From a virus, in the IMG/VR virus record IMGVR_UViG_3300045988_027175: a stretch of DNA of 37,225 nt. One strand, 5' to 3'. Each line of letters starts with the position of its first letter. Position 1 is the first letter of the stretch. The notes under the pieces were generated by a model. That model saw nothing but the letters and a program-made list of their open reading frames with translations, ran no database searches and had not been told where the DNA came from. Position numbers and translations under genes: made by a program. Positions 17,398-27,147 of the stretch are shown piece after piece.

Positions 17398-17625
17398 ATG
17401 GATAAAAAGAAACATTATGAAGTGAAGACACCTATTGAAGACTACTGTGGCATCGGTGCTGCAGGTGTTCAGTTTGCTTATGGCAAGGCTGAAGTATATG
17501 ACGAATGGGTGGCACAGTGGTTCAAAGAACATGGATACACTGTAGAAGAAGTGAAAGAAGAAACTGAAGCAGTTTCAGAAGCACCAAAAACAGAAGCCAA
17601 GCCAAAAGGCAATGCTAAAAAATAA
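17398..17625 (+). CDS. Hypothetical head-associated protein (75 aa)
   Basis: SD AGGAGG 7 nt before ATG 17398. ATG 17392 is too close to the SD. Confidence 0.5.
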   Translation: MDKKKHYEVKTPIEDYCGIGAAGVQFAYGKAEVYDEWVAQWFKEHGYTVEEVKEETEAVSEAPKTEAKPKGNAKK

Positions 17626-17643
17626 GAAAAGAGGTGATTTTCT

Positions 17644-18171
17644 ATGATCATGACAATTGAAGAATTTAGGCTTTTGAACGATACGGATGAATCTGACGGA
17701 ATCATCAAGATGAAATTAGAAGCCTTAGAATTGATGATTAGAAAATACACTAATAATAATTTCCAAATGCGCAATTTTAGAACGACCGCCAATATTTCAG
17801 ACGGTCGTTTTTCTTTTAATGGTCCTCAATTTTTTAAGGTTGGTGACACTGTACAGGTATCTAATTCATCTTTTAACGATGCTCTATATACTGTTACAGA
17901 AGCAAATGAGCATGACTTTGTGGTTGACAAGCCTGTCAATAATGAGGTTCGTGTCTTATGTACTAAAGTTGAATATCCTGCCGACATTAAAATGGGTGTT
18001 ATCAACCTCATGAAATGGGACAAAGAGAATAGAAGCAAGGTCGGAGTACAGTCAGAAACGATTTCTAGACACTCTGTTACATATTTTAATATGGATGGGG
18101 ATAATTCCTCTCTTGGCTATCCAAAGTCTCTCACAGGCTTCCTAAAGCCTTATATGAAAGCGAGATTCTAA
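17644..18171 (+). CDS. Head-tail connector (gp6-like)
   Basis: Position after the capsid gene. N-terminal TIEEFRLLNDTDESDGIIKMKLEALELMIRKYTNNNF resembles gp6-like connectors. Confidence 0.6.
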   Translation: MIMTIEEFRLLNDTDESDGIIKMKLEALELMIRKYTNNNFQMRNFRTTANISDGRFSFNGPQFFKVGDTVQVSNSSFNDALYTVTEANEHDFVVDKPVNNEVRVLCTKVEYPADIKMGVINLMKWDKENRSKVGVQSETISRHSVTYFNMDGDNSSLGYPKSLTGFLKPYMKARF

Positions 18172-18172
18172 T

Positions 18173-18517
18173 ATGATAGGTGGAAACATTACAGCAACTC
18201 TTCAAAAGTGCATCTATTCTTTCAACGATATTGGTGAGCCCATTGAAGATTATGCGGAATCAATCTCTTTGTTTGGCTTCTTAGACTTATCAAGCGGTGA
18301 TAGTCATTACACTAACTTTAATGCAAAGGTACAGGAGTCAACTCATATCTTCATCTGTGATTATAAGGATTTAAAAGGCTATAAGGCTGATAACTCAAGA
18401 CTGATTGTGAATGGTGAAGTCTATGATGTAACTCTTATTGATGATCCGATGAATTTACATCAACACTTAGAAATCTATCTACAGTACAAAGGAGCACAAG
18501 ATGAGCGTACAGTTTGA
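18173..18517 (+). CDS. Head closure / head-tail adaptor protein
   Basis: Assigned from gene order and size (114 aa) only. Confidence 0.5.
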   Translation: MIGGNITATLQKCIYSFNDIGEPIEDYAESISLFGFLDLSSGDSHYTNFNAKVQESTHIFICDYKDLKGYKADNSRLIVNGEVYDVTLIDDPMNLHQHLEIYLQYKGAQDERTV

Positions 18518-18911
18518 AGATAACTCAATGTTTATAATCGATGAAATTGAGAATGCAGCTTTAAAGTTTTTGGAAGAAGCAAGCGGAGAACTTGAGTCAC
18601 AAGTTAAAAGAAACACCAGAGTGGACACTGGTCAGTTAAAAAACTCGTGGGAGCACGTGGTAGATGCTGACAATATGATCGGTATTGTTGGATCAGCAGA
18701 AGAGAATGCTATATGGGAAGAATTCGGCACAGGTGAGTACGCTCTTAAAGGCAATGGTAGAAAAACCAAGTGGAAATATAAACACCCTAAATATGGGTGG
18801 GTTACTACTACAGGAAAAGCACCATCAAGAGCGCTCGAGAAAGCCAAGAACTCCTCTAAGAAAAAGATTCAAGCAAGAGCCGAGGAAATCTTTGGAGATA
18901 TTGGAAAATGA
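18501..18911 (+). CDS. HK97 gp10-like tail-component/neck protein
   Basis: VDTGQLKNSW motif typical of the HK97 gp10 family. Confidence 0.7.
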   Translation: MSVQFEDNSMFIIDEIENAALKFLEEASGELESQVKRNTRVDTGQLKNSWEHVVDADNMIGIVGSAEENAIWEEFGTGEYALKGNGRKTKWKYKHPKYGWVTTTGKAPSRALEKAKNSSKKKIQARAEEIFGDIGK

Positions 18912-19276
18912 CACCAGAAGGCTTGAAATTTATTTCTAAGACATTAAAACCACTTGTGAACTATCATTTTCTTTATTACAAGACTGATAAGGTTGAATAT
19001 CCTTATTGGGTTGGCGAGTACTTAGAAAATGAATACAGTGCAGAGACCAATTACCAAGGAACCACTTTTATTCTTACAGGTGTCACAAGAGGCAGTTACT
19101 TAGAACTAGAAAAGCAAAAGGAAATTATTAAAAAGGCTCTCAAGGATAAGAGAGCTATCTTGTCGAACGGAGCAGGCATAGCCGTACATTATGACTACTC
19201 AATGCCGATTCGCACAGACGATATAGAATTGCAGAAAATACAGATTAATTTAACAATCCAAGAATGGGAGGTATAA
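18908..19276 (+). CDS. Tail completion/terminator protein
   Basis: Assigned from gene order only. Confidence 0.5.
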   Translation: MTPEGLKFISKTLKPLVNYHFLYYKTDKVEYPYWVGEYLENEYSAETNYQGTTFILTGVTRGSYLELEKQKEIIKKALKDKRAILSNGAGIAVHYDYSMPIRTDDIELQKIQINLTIQEWEV

Positions 19277-19280
19277 ATAT

Positions 19281-19877
19281 ATGGCGAATGAAATCATTCC
19301 TTCAAGTGGGATTACAGCCAAAACACCTGAAAACATTATGTTAGGTGCTGGAACTATTCATAAAGGCTTGAAATATGAGGGTGGTAAATGGAACTTTGTA
19401 GAATCATTATTTTGTGCTACATCAGGCGGTGGTTCAGTAAGTTTTTCTCCTGAGCTATTAAACTTAGATATTGATGGAGCAACAGTCAAATTCGTTGGTG
19501 GCACTCTAAAAGTCGGAGAAAGCGCCAAGATGAAATTTAAAATGGCAGAAATCACTCCTGATTTTATTAAAAAGTCTATCTTTGCTAAAGAAGCGGAAAA
19601 CAGCACGGCAACAGGATATACAGAATTAGTGTCTAAGCCACAGATTGAGACAGGTGACTATTATGAACATCTAGCGTATGTCGGAAAGAAGATTGATGGA
19701 ACTCCAATCATTGTTATTTTTGATAATGCTTTATGTACATCAGGACTTTCCGTTGAAGGCGAAAATAAAAAGATGGTAGTACCTGAAGCAGAATTTGAAT
19801 GCTATGCAGAATTAGAACAGGCTGATAAGAATATACTACCTTATCACATTTATTACCCTAATGCGGTAGCTGCATAA
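19281..19877 (+). CDS. Major tail protein
   Basis: 198 aa immediately upstream of the chaperone pair and the tape measure gene. SD GGGAGG upstream. Confidence 0.65.
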   Translation: MANEIIPSSGITAKTPENIMLGAGTIHKGLKYEGGKWNFVESLFCATSGGGSVSFSPELLNLDIDGATVKFVGGTLKVGESAKMKFKMAEITPDFIKKSIFAKEAENSTATGYTELVSKPQIETGDYYEHLAYVGKKIDGTPIIVIFDNALCTSGLSVEGENKKMVVPEAEFECYAELEQADKNILPYHIYYPNAVAA

Positions 19878-19906
19878 CCATTATTAAGAATTGAAAGGAG
19901 TTATTT

Positions 19907-20290
19907 ATGGAATATAAATTAAGAAAACTAAAAGCAACAGATGCATTTTTAATCATTAAACTAATCAATAAGTTTGGCATTATGGAATTCAAAAAATGCT
20001 TTAATGCAAATGAGATTGCTAAACTAGCAGAGAATAAGGAAGGACTATCAAAAGAGGAACTAACTGAAAAAGTTGGTTTCAATATCATTCTTTCTTGTGT
20101 CTCTGTCATTTTTGAAAACATTGGCAAGTGTGAAAATGAAGTTTTTGAATTCTTGTCAGCTGTAAGTAATCTAAATAGAAAGCAGGTTGAATGCTTATCA
20201 CTTGCAGAACTTGCACAGATGATTATTGAAATCTTTCAAAAAGATGAATTCAAAGATTTTTACAAGGTTGTTTCTGGATTGCTGAAATAG
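19907..20290 (+). CDS. Tail assembly chaperone (gpG-like)
   Basis: Position upstream of the tape measure gene. Acidic, 127 aa. Confidence 0.6.
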   Translation: MEYKLRKLKATDAFLIIKLINKFGIMEFKKCFNANEIAKLAENKEGLSKEELTEKVGFNIILSCVSVIFENIGKCENEVFEFLSAVSNLNRKQVECLSLAELAQMIIEIFQKDEFKDFYKVVSGLLK

Positions 20291-20304
20291 GAGAAGTCGG
20301 CTTC

Positions 20305-20604
20305 ATGGATTTGGTCTACAAGAGATATTCCAACCCCATGGAACTGATTGATAACATGATCTCTTTTTCTAATTTTTCAGAGTTCATTTCCGAGCTTGCT
20401 GACAATGTGTCAGATGAAAAACTATATGATATTTGGAAATCAAAAGTTTATGACAAGTCATTTGCTGACTTTAAAAATGAAATGATGGCTAAGTGGAAGA
20501 AAAACACAGGAATTGAAACGTCTGAAACAATGACAGATGAAGAGATGGAAACAACTATAAATGACTCCTATGAAATTCTTAACAGTTTTAATCCTAATCT
20601 TTAA
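20305..20604 (+). CDS. Tail assembly chaperone partner (gpT-like position)
   Basis: Lies in the -1 frame relative to 19907-20290, but has its own SD AGGAG at 20289-20293. Confidence 0.5.
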   Translation: MDLVYKRYSNPMELIDNMISFSNFSEFISELADNVSDEKLYDIWKSKVYDKSFADFKNEMMAKWKKNTGIETSETMTDEEMETTINDSYEILNSFNPNL

Positions 20605-20625
20605 GAAAAAGAGAGGGGGAAATAA

Positions 20626-21243
20626 ATGTTAGAATTATTTAAACTCTTTGGTATTATCGGACTGAAAGGTGTCGATAAGACAAAGAAAGATTTAAAAGAT
20701 ACAACTAACACAGCAAAAGACGAATCGAGCAAACTAGAAAAGCACGTTAGCAAAATAGGAGAACTCGCTCCTAAGATTGGAAAATTAGCAGTTAAGGGAG
20801 TTGCTGCAGCAGGTGCTGCAATAGGTACTATTACTAAGTTTGCTGTATCTTCTTATTCGGAGTATGAGCAGTTAGCTGGTGGTGTCGAAACCTTATTTGG
20901 TGCTCAGGGCATGAGCCTAAAGAAGTACGCTAAATCAATCGGCGAGACTGTCGGACAAGCGAAAGGAAAATATGATCAGTTGATACAGGCACAGACGGAC
21001 GTTATGAATAATGCAAAAGTAGCATATAAGACGGCTGGAATGAGTGCGAATGATTATATGAACACTATTACTTCTTTCGCTGCAGCATTAAAGCAATCAA
21101 CAGCCAATGAGACAGAAGCGGCTAAGGTTGCTAATATGGCTGTTATTGATATGGCTGATAATGCGAATAAGATGGGTACCAACATGGAAGATATCCAAAA
21201 CGCTTATCAGGGGTTCTCAAAGCAGAACTACACAATGTTGGAT
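20626..21243 (+). CDS. Tape measure protein, exon 1 (206 aa); joins 21506-23317 after removal of the intron
   Basis: Ends ...NAYQGFSKQNYTMLD directly before an in-frame TAA. That motif continues at 21506. Confidence 0.85.
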
Positions 21244-21505
21244 TAACAAAATAGTTCAACTAAAACCTCGTGAAAACGGTGGAACTCTTAGAAAAGACAA
21301 TACCGTGCCAAGACTAGAAATAGTAAGGTGTAACGACTATCGAAAGCACATAATAAATGTTATGAAAGTGAGTAGAGTACAATCAAGTGATTGGAAGTGC
21401 GAGGGAACGATTATATCGTTCAAGAGATAGTCTACTCTTTATAGTGATATAAAGCAGTTCATAAGAGAACGATGTAAGATTAACGACCTTACATGAATAC
21501 AAAGG
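21244..21505 (+). ncRNA. Group I self-splicing intron, ORF-less, 262 nt (IA-like)
   Basis: P1 pairs exon GUUGGAU with guide GUUCAAC, with a U.G wobble at the splice site. Omega-G at 21505. P3, P7, P8 and P9 pairings are present, with a GUGA loop on P9. Removal restores a conserved tape-measure motif. Confidence 0.8.
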
Positions 21506-23317
21506 AATTTAAAATTGGGATACGGTGGTACTAAGTCAGAAATGGAGCGACTTTTACAGGACGCCGAAAAACTGACAGGTATACATTATGATATTAATAA
21601 TTTAAGTGATGTATACAAAGCAATTAACGCTATTCAAGGCAAACTCGGAATAACTGGTACTACTGGCGAAGAAGCGATGAAAACCATCGACGGTGCTATG
21701 AAGATGACAAAAGCGTCATGGGATAACCTTTTAACAGGTTTAGCAGACCCTAAACAGGCAGTCGGACCGCTTATCAGTGAGTTCACTACCAGCTTAGGAA
21801 CTCTCGCTAAAAACGTGACTCCAAAAATCAAGGAAGTATTTAATGCACTACCTAATGCACTAATACAGATAACTCCGCAATTGATGAATACGATTATTGA
21901 TTTAGCACCATCATTAATCCTTGCAGCTATCAATTTAGTGGCTGGGCTAATCGGTGCGCTCCCAGGAATATTGGAACCGATTTTTTCAGAATTAACAGAT
22001 ATATTCAATAAGATTCCTCAATTCTTGAAAGGAAATGCGAATATAGTAGATGGTTTCCTAAAATCTATTGACAGTGGGAAGCCTTCAATAGCTGCAAAAG
22101 GAATAGAGATGATAACGGCGCTTACTAACGCTATTATAAATAGTCTTCCTATTATTATTCAGATAGGCGCGAAAATAATTGACAGTTTAGGAAGTTCTAT
22201 ATCTTCAAATATGCCTTCGTTCTTGTCGAGATTTCTTGATATTCTAATTCAGCTATCACAGATGATATTAACTAATCTTCCCATCTTAGTAGGTGTCGGA
22301 ATGAAATTAATCTTTTCTTTAGTTCAAGGGTTAATGAGTTCACTTCCTACTTTAATATCTAAAGTGCCTACTATCATAGCGAACCTAGCAGATGCATTTT
22401 CTAACAGTGCACAGACTATTTTTGTGTGGGGAATTAAGATTATTGCGGAAATCATTAAAGGATTAGTAATGGCAATTCCTTCATTAATCGCGAATATCCC
22501 TAAAATTATCTATGCCATTTTTGCAGTATGGAATGCAATAAATTGGTGGAACTTAGGAAAAGGCCTTATTAGTGGAATCGCTAAAGGTATCAGTGGTATG
22601 GGTGGCTCGCTTGTCAACACGGCAAAGAACCTATTTAACAGTCTAAAAAGTCATGTATCAAGCATTTTCAACAACATCAAGAATGTAATTCAAAGTCCTA
22701 TTTTTAGCGCTAAGACTAAAGTATTGGCGATTATAGGAGAACTGCAGAACGGTGTTAGAGTTGGGTTTAATTTTATCAAGTCACATGCCTCAAGTGTTTG
22801 GAATGGTATCAAGAGCGCTATCATGTCTCCAATGAGTGCTGCTGCTAATTTTGTGAAAGCCATCATCAATAAGATTAAAGGATTTTTTAATTTTAAGATT
22901 TCTTGGCCTCATATTCCGTTACCTCATTTTAATATCAAACCTAACGGCTGGAACGTTGGGGATTTATTAAAGGGTAAAATCCCATCACTAGGCATTAAAT
23001 GGTATGCGCAAGCGATGGATAACCCAATGATCTTGGATGCTCCAACTATCTTTGGAATGTCTAATGGTCATATGTTAGGTGCTGGAGAAGCAGGTGCTGA
23101 AGTTGTGGCTGGAAGAGATACATTAATGAAGATGATTAATCAGGCATCTAACAATAGAGCTGATGAAATCCTAGAAGCGTTACACAGAATAATCGCTTTA
23201 TTGTCTGATGAAGATAGAATGCACGATATTATCGTAAAAGCTTTAAATGACGGCTCTTTCGTTGTTATGTTAGATGGCAGAGAAGTAGGAAGGATTGTGA
23301 GAAAATATGCTGGATAA
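21506..23317 (+). CDS. Tape measure protein, exon 2 (603 aa)
   Basis: Begins NLKLGYGGTKSEMERLLQDAEKLTG. Long hydrophobic, helical middle. This frame is open only from 21497. Confidence 0.85.
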   Translation, partial: NLKLGYGGTKSEMERLLQDAEKLTGIHYDINNLSDVYKAINAIQGKLGITGTTGEEAMKTIDGAMKMTKASWDNLLTGLADPKQAVGPLISEFTTSLGTLAKNVTPKIKEVFNALPNALIQITPQLMNTIIDLAPSLILAAINLVAGLIGALPGILEPIFSELTDIFNKIPQFLKGNANIVDGFLKSIDSGKPSIAAKGIEMITALTNAIINSLPIIIQIGAKIIDSLGSSISSNMPSFLSRFLDILIQLSQMILTNLPILVGVGMKLIFSLVQGLMSSLPTLISKVPTIIANLADAFSNSAQTIFVWGIKIIAEIIKGLVMAIPSLIANIPKIIYAIFAVWNAINWWNLGKGLISGIAKGISGMGGSLVNTAKNLFNSLKSHVSSIFNNIKNVIQSPIFSAKTKVLAIIGELQNGVRVGFNFIKSHASSVWNGIKSAIMSPMSAAANFVKAIINKIKGFFNFKISWPHIPLPHFNIKPNGWNVGDLLKGKIPSLGIKWYAQAMDNPMILDAPTIFGMSNGHMLGAGEAGAEVVAGRDTLMKMINQASNNRADEILEALHRIIALLSDEDRMHDIIVKALNDGSFVVMLDGREVGRIVRKYAG

Positions 23318-24122
23318 AATTAAACATACAAATTCAAACAATGAAACACTAGACTTTACTTCTCTTGGTATCTTTGCAAATTATAGTGATTTACGTGATT
23401 TTGAGTGGAGCGTTAAAACGAATAACAATAGGATTACAGGATTTTATAAAGGGGTTGTCACTAAGACAATTCCTTTTGTTTTCCTTGTTGATCAGCAGAA
23501 AGCTAATGAGATTAAAAACCAATTTTATGAGCATTTTGAAATAGACATACTAAAAAAAGAAAAAGGATATTTTGAAATCAATGGTTATAAATATTATTGC
23601 TATGCAATCAAGTCCACTAAAAGCAAATATCTAATTGACAAGAGACTCTTATATTTAAGTGTTGAAATCACTACAGACGACTCTTATTGGATTAAAGAGA
23701 CAACCTACACCGCTGACTTCAGCTCCAGCAGTTCGAGAACTGTCACTAAATATCCTTTCACGTATCCTTTTACGTATTCAGTCCCAAAAACAGTAAATGT
23801 TGTAAATGATTCATTTACTGATACGGACATGATTATGCGAATCTATGGAAGATGCACGAATCCTATTGTCAATATCAGTGACAACACTTATCAGTTATAT
23901 GTGACCTTGAATGCTGAAGAATATGCAGAGATTGACACATTCAAGAAGACTATCACAAAGTATTCATCTAATGGAATGCAGTCAAACATATTCAATTCAC
24001 GTAACAAGTCATATGATGCTTTTAAGAAGATACCTCAAGGCTCATTTGACATAACTACAGTTGGAGTTGAAAAAGTTGACATAGTCTTGATTGAAAGAAG
24101 AGGTGAGCCTAGGTGGGATTAG
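23307..24122 (+). CDS. Distal tail protein (Dit-like)
   Basis: Immediately after the tape measure gene. 271 aa. Confidence 0.65.
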   Translation: MLDKIKHTNSNNETLDFTSLGIFANYSDLRDFEWSVKTNNNRITGFYKGVVTKTIPFVFLVDQQKANEIKNQFYEHFEIDILKKEKGYFEINGYKYYCYAIKSTKSKYLIDKRLLYLSVEITTDDSYWIKETTYTADFSSSSSRTVTKYPFTYPFTYSVPKTVNVVNDSFTDTDMIMRIYGRCTNPIVNISDNTYQLYVTLNAEEYAEIDTFKKTITKYSSNGMQSNIFNSRNKSYDAFKKIPQGSFDITTVGVEKVDIVLIERRGEPRWD

Positions 24123-25102
24123 AATATATCTATACAGATGCTAACTATAACGAACTAGGATACCTCACTCATTTCAACGCTGACATTGAGATAGGAAAGT
24201 ATGATGTATCTAAGAATGATTTTGAATTAACTTTGTCACTAGAAGATAGAGACCCATTATTTACGATTGGGTCTCTTTTTTACAAAGAGAATACAGAAAT
24301 TGGTGGAGTAATCCAGCGTTTAAAGATTAATACATCAGACAATACCATCACTATGATTGGAGTAACTTTTAGAGGATTACTGGAAAAGGAATATGTACAG
24401 CCTCCAGCAGGAAGCGCGTATTTAACTTTAAATGGTGAAGCTAACACATGCATCAATGTGTTGATTGATGGTAGGTTCAGCAATCTCTTTGTAGTCGATA
24501 ACATAGGCGCTAGCAATATCAACGTTAAATATGATGTAAGAGATATAAATCTTTTACAAGCCTTAGAGAAAGCATTAGGCGCTAGTAATGCGAGATTGTG
24601 CATTAGGCATCGTGTTGATGGGAAAATCCATCTATATGCCGAAAAAATCAACGATTTAAGCAACACGCTACAGTATGACAATGACTATCAGATAGATATG
24701 ACAGTAAAGACCGAATCTAAGCCATATAATCATATTTTATGTCTGGGAAAAGGTGAACTCCTGAATAGATTAAGAATTAATCTATATCTACAGTCTGATG
24801 GCTCATGGTCCGAATCCAATCAGACATATACTGGATTAGACAGAAAAACCTATAAACATGAGGACGTGAATGTTGAAAAACGTGATGAATTAATCAAGAA
24901 TGCGACTGAAAAGGTAGCAGAAGCAAACGAGAGCGATACGCTAGAAATCTCTTTTGATGCTGATGATGCAGAACTCTTTGACATTGTCGGAGCAAAAGAA
25001 AATATTACAGGCATATCGTTCAAGGAGCCGATAACTCAAAAAATAATCAAGATTAGTGATGATGATATTGAAATCTCATACAAGGTAGGTGATGCGAAGT
25101 GA
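24113..25102 (+). CDS. Tail/baseplate protein, siphovirus Gp37-like (Tal position)
   Basis: GTG start. N-terminal LEYIYTDANYNELGYLTHFNADIEIGKYDVSKNDFELTL resembles the Gp37-like family. Confidence 0.6.
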   Translation: MGLEYIYTDANYNELGYLTHFNADIEIGKYDVSKNDFELTLSLEDRDPLFTIGSLFYKENTEIGGVIQRLKINTSDNTITMIGVTFRGLLEKEYVQPPAGSAYLTLNGEANTCINVLIDGRFSNLFVVDNIGASNINVKYDVRDINLLQALEKALGASNARLCIRHRVDGKIHLYAEKINDLSNTLQYDNDYQIDMTVKTESKPYNHILCLGKGELLNRLRINLYLQSDGSWSESNQTYTGLDRKTYKHEDVNVEKRDELIKNATEKVAEANESDTLEISFDADDAELFDIVGAKENITGISFKEPITQKIIKISDDDIEISYKVGDAK

Positions 25103-25932
25103 TAAAGAATATTAATATTACAGATGCTGAAGTCAGCGCTGAGCTACATGGCTATATGTATCTAGCGCTATATGACTATCAAGGTGTTTTACATGCTGGA
25201 AGTAGAATGACGGCTGAAATTGTTTCCAACAATGAAATAAAGATTAATGACGGCATCCTGTGCAACTATGGTCGTTTTATGAGAATCGTTGGCAGCGAAA
25301 CAGTACGTATTGAAAACGGTTCGAGCGGTGTGAAACGTACTGACTTGATTGTAGCAAGGTTTACAACCACAGGCACAAAAGAGACTCATACACTCACAGT
25401 CATTAAAGGTCCAGCAGGTGGAGCAGAACCATCATACAATCAGACCGACATATACAGCGGCACAGGCACAAGAGACTTAGTGTTATATGCGGTGCATCTA
25501 GATGGATTAAATATCACATCTGTTGAGCGTAAATGTCAGGAATATATGAGTATGAGAGAACTTATTAATAAGGTAAATACACAAGAAAGCGGAACAAAAT
25601 TCTATGGGCATGATGTTCTCGATGTCAAGAATGGTATTACGTTAGAGGCTAAATGGAATGATACTATTGTGGAATTCTGCTGGTACGGCACACTCACCAA
25701 TGCATGGAACATGACTGGTGGCGCCGATGGAGAAAAATTCGGAAATGATTCTACAATGAAAAATGTTCTTAAAACCCATACAGCTTTCATGTTTGATATT
25801 TCTGTTAGTCCAGACTGTCCAATCATGTTCAAGTATGATAGAAACAAAAACGGTTTCAGTGTATTCTCTATGAAGAATTGCACTGTTCCTAAAGGAACAT
25901 GGCTATCAGGCAGTCACATGATGCTTAGATAG
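25099..25932 (+). CDS. Hypothetical tail-tip/baseplate protein
   Basis: GTG start overlapping the upstream stop. Assigned by position only. Confidence 0.5.
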   Translation: MIKNINITDAEVSAELHGYMYLALYDYQGVLHAGSRMTAEIVSNNEIKINDGILCNYGRFMRIVGSETVRIENGSSGVKRTDLIVARFTTTGTKETHTLTVIKGPAGGAEPSYNQTDIYSGTGTRDLVLYAVHLDGLNITSVERKCQEYMSMRELINKVNTQESGTKFYGHDVLDVKNGITLEAKWNDTIVEFCWYGTLTNAWNMTGGADGEKFGNDSTMKNVLKTHTAFMFDISVSPDCPIMFKYDRNKNGFSVFSMKNCTVPKGTWLSGSHMMLR

Positions 25933-25944
25933 GAGGTGATGCAT

Positions 25945-26244
25945 ATGATTAGAGGTACATCACCAACAATAACATGTGAGTTTCCTTTTGATATATCTAC
26001 ACTTTCTTACGCTTATTTCACGATTGCTCAAAATGAACGAATTATGCTCAATAAAAAAATTGAATGTGAAGGGCTTGAAGGAAGACAGATAAAAATACAC
26101 CTTACACAGGAAGAAACTCTTAAATTAAAAGAGAATCTACAGGCAGAAGCACAGGTGAGAGGAATTACAAGAGATGGTGAAGCTATCGCATCAGATATCA
26201 TTAAAATATATGTTGATAAGATCTTAAAAGATGGAGTGATCTGA
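25945..26244 (+). CDS. Hypothetical tail-associated protein
   Basis: SD AGGAGG at 25931-25936, 8 nt before ATG 25945. Confidence 0.5.
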   Translation: MIRGTSPTITCEFPFDISTLSYAYFTIAQNERIMLNKKIECEGLEGRQIKIHLTQEETLKLKENLQAEAQVRGITRDGEAIASDIIKIYVDKILKDGVI

Positions 26245-26245
26245 T

Positions 26246-26548
26246 GTGCAATTTAGGTCTAATGATATTCGATTCAGGTTAAAATTTCATACTAATGACG
26301 CATCTTTTAAATTTAAAGTTCATGATATGGAAAACGGCTTTAAATTCCATTATGATGATTTATTTGAAGTTGACAAAAGTTATGATGCTTATTTAGGAGA
26401 GTATGAGGTTGTTCCAGCAATCAAAAAACAACAACTAGATACTAAAGATAAGTTAATGAAAAAAGATGTGGTTATTAGTGCAATCCCCTTCTTCGAGACA
26501 TCAAACGATGAAGGTGGAAATACAGTTTATATAGGAAAGGAATTATAA
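26246..26548 (+). CDS. Hypothetical tail-associated protein
   Basis: GTG start with SD GGAGTGA 6 nt upstream. Confidence 0.5.
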   Translation: MQFRSNDIRFRLKFHTNDASFKFKVHDMENGFKFHYDDLFEVDKSYDAYLGEYEVVPAIKKQQLDTKDKLMKKDVVISAIPFFETSNDEGGNTVYIGKEL

Positions 26549-26549
26549 C

Positions 26550-27137
26550 ATGGCAGAAACTAAACATATAAATAAGGTCGTCTATGGTGGCAAGACATTA
26601 ATCGACTTGACAGGCGACACTGCTACAGCAGACAAAGTATTGAAGGATCTAACATTTCATGATAAGACAGGTGCCACAGTCACTGGTACTTGTACATTTG
26701 ATGTAGATTCTGGTGATGCGACTGTGGCAGTTGCTGAAATGCTAGCTGGAAAAACTGCATACGCTAGAGGTACTAAATTAACAGGTACTATGAAGAACAA
26801 TGGTTCTGTTAAAGGAAGCATCACAACCAAGGCACAGGTATATACGATTCCTCAGGGGTTCCACGATGGTTCTGGTAATGTTCAGATTGCTACTGCTGAA
26901 CAGGCTAAACTTATTCCTACGAATATTCGTGATGGAGTAACAATCCTAGGCATCAAAGGTACTATGTCGGGTACAGAAGGTGCTAAACCTCAACAGAAGA
27001 CAGTGACACCTAGTACAACTGCGCAAACAATCATGCCCGATACGGGATATAACTATTTATCACAGGTTACTGTTAATCCGATTCCATACGCAGAAAGTGA
27101 GAACTCTGCTGGCGGAACTACAGTAACAATCGCATAG
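26550..27137 (+). CDS. Tail fibre-like protein
   Basis: G/T-rich repeats (TGT...KGT). The N-terminus INKVVYGGKTLIDLTGDTATADKV is shared with the next gene. Confidence 0.6.
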   Translation: MAETKHINKVVYGGKTLIDLTGDTATADKVLKDLTFHDKTGATVTGTCTFDVDSGDATVAVAEMLAGKTAYARGTKLTGTMKNNGSVKGSITTKAQVYTIPQGFHDGSGNVQIATAEQAKLIPTNIRDGVTILGIKGTMSGTEGAKPQQKTVTPSTTAQTIMPDTGYNYLSQVTVNPIPYAESENSAGGTTVTIA

Positions 27138-27147
27138 GAGTGGTTAT

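Noticed and set aside
20248-20305. Possible -1 programmed frameshift joining the two tail-chaperone ORFs (gpG/gpGT style). The downstream ORF is in the -1 frame, and that frame is open from 20248.
   Set aside because: No canonical X_XXY_YYZ heptamer exists in the 43-nt overlap window. The best candidate is U_UUU_UAC, which fails A-site re-pairing. The downstream ORF also has its own SD (AGGAG 20289-20293) and ATG. The geometry is suggestive, but a frameshift cannot be supported from the sequence alone.
21107-21430. 107-aa plus-strand ORF from the track that overlaps the end of tape-measure exon 1 and runs into the intron.
   Set aside because: It is out of frame with the TMP, has no SD, and its sequence is low-complexity and basic. 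It is fully explained as a chance open frame across the exon-intron boundary. The intron is treated as ORF-less.
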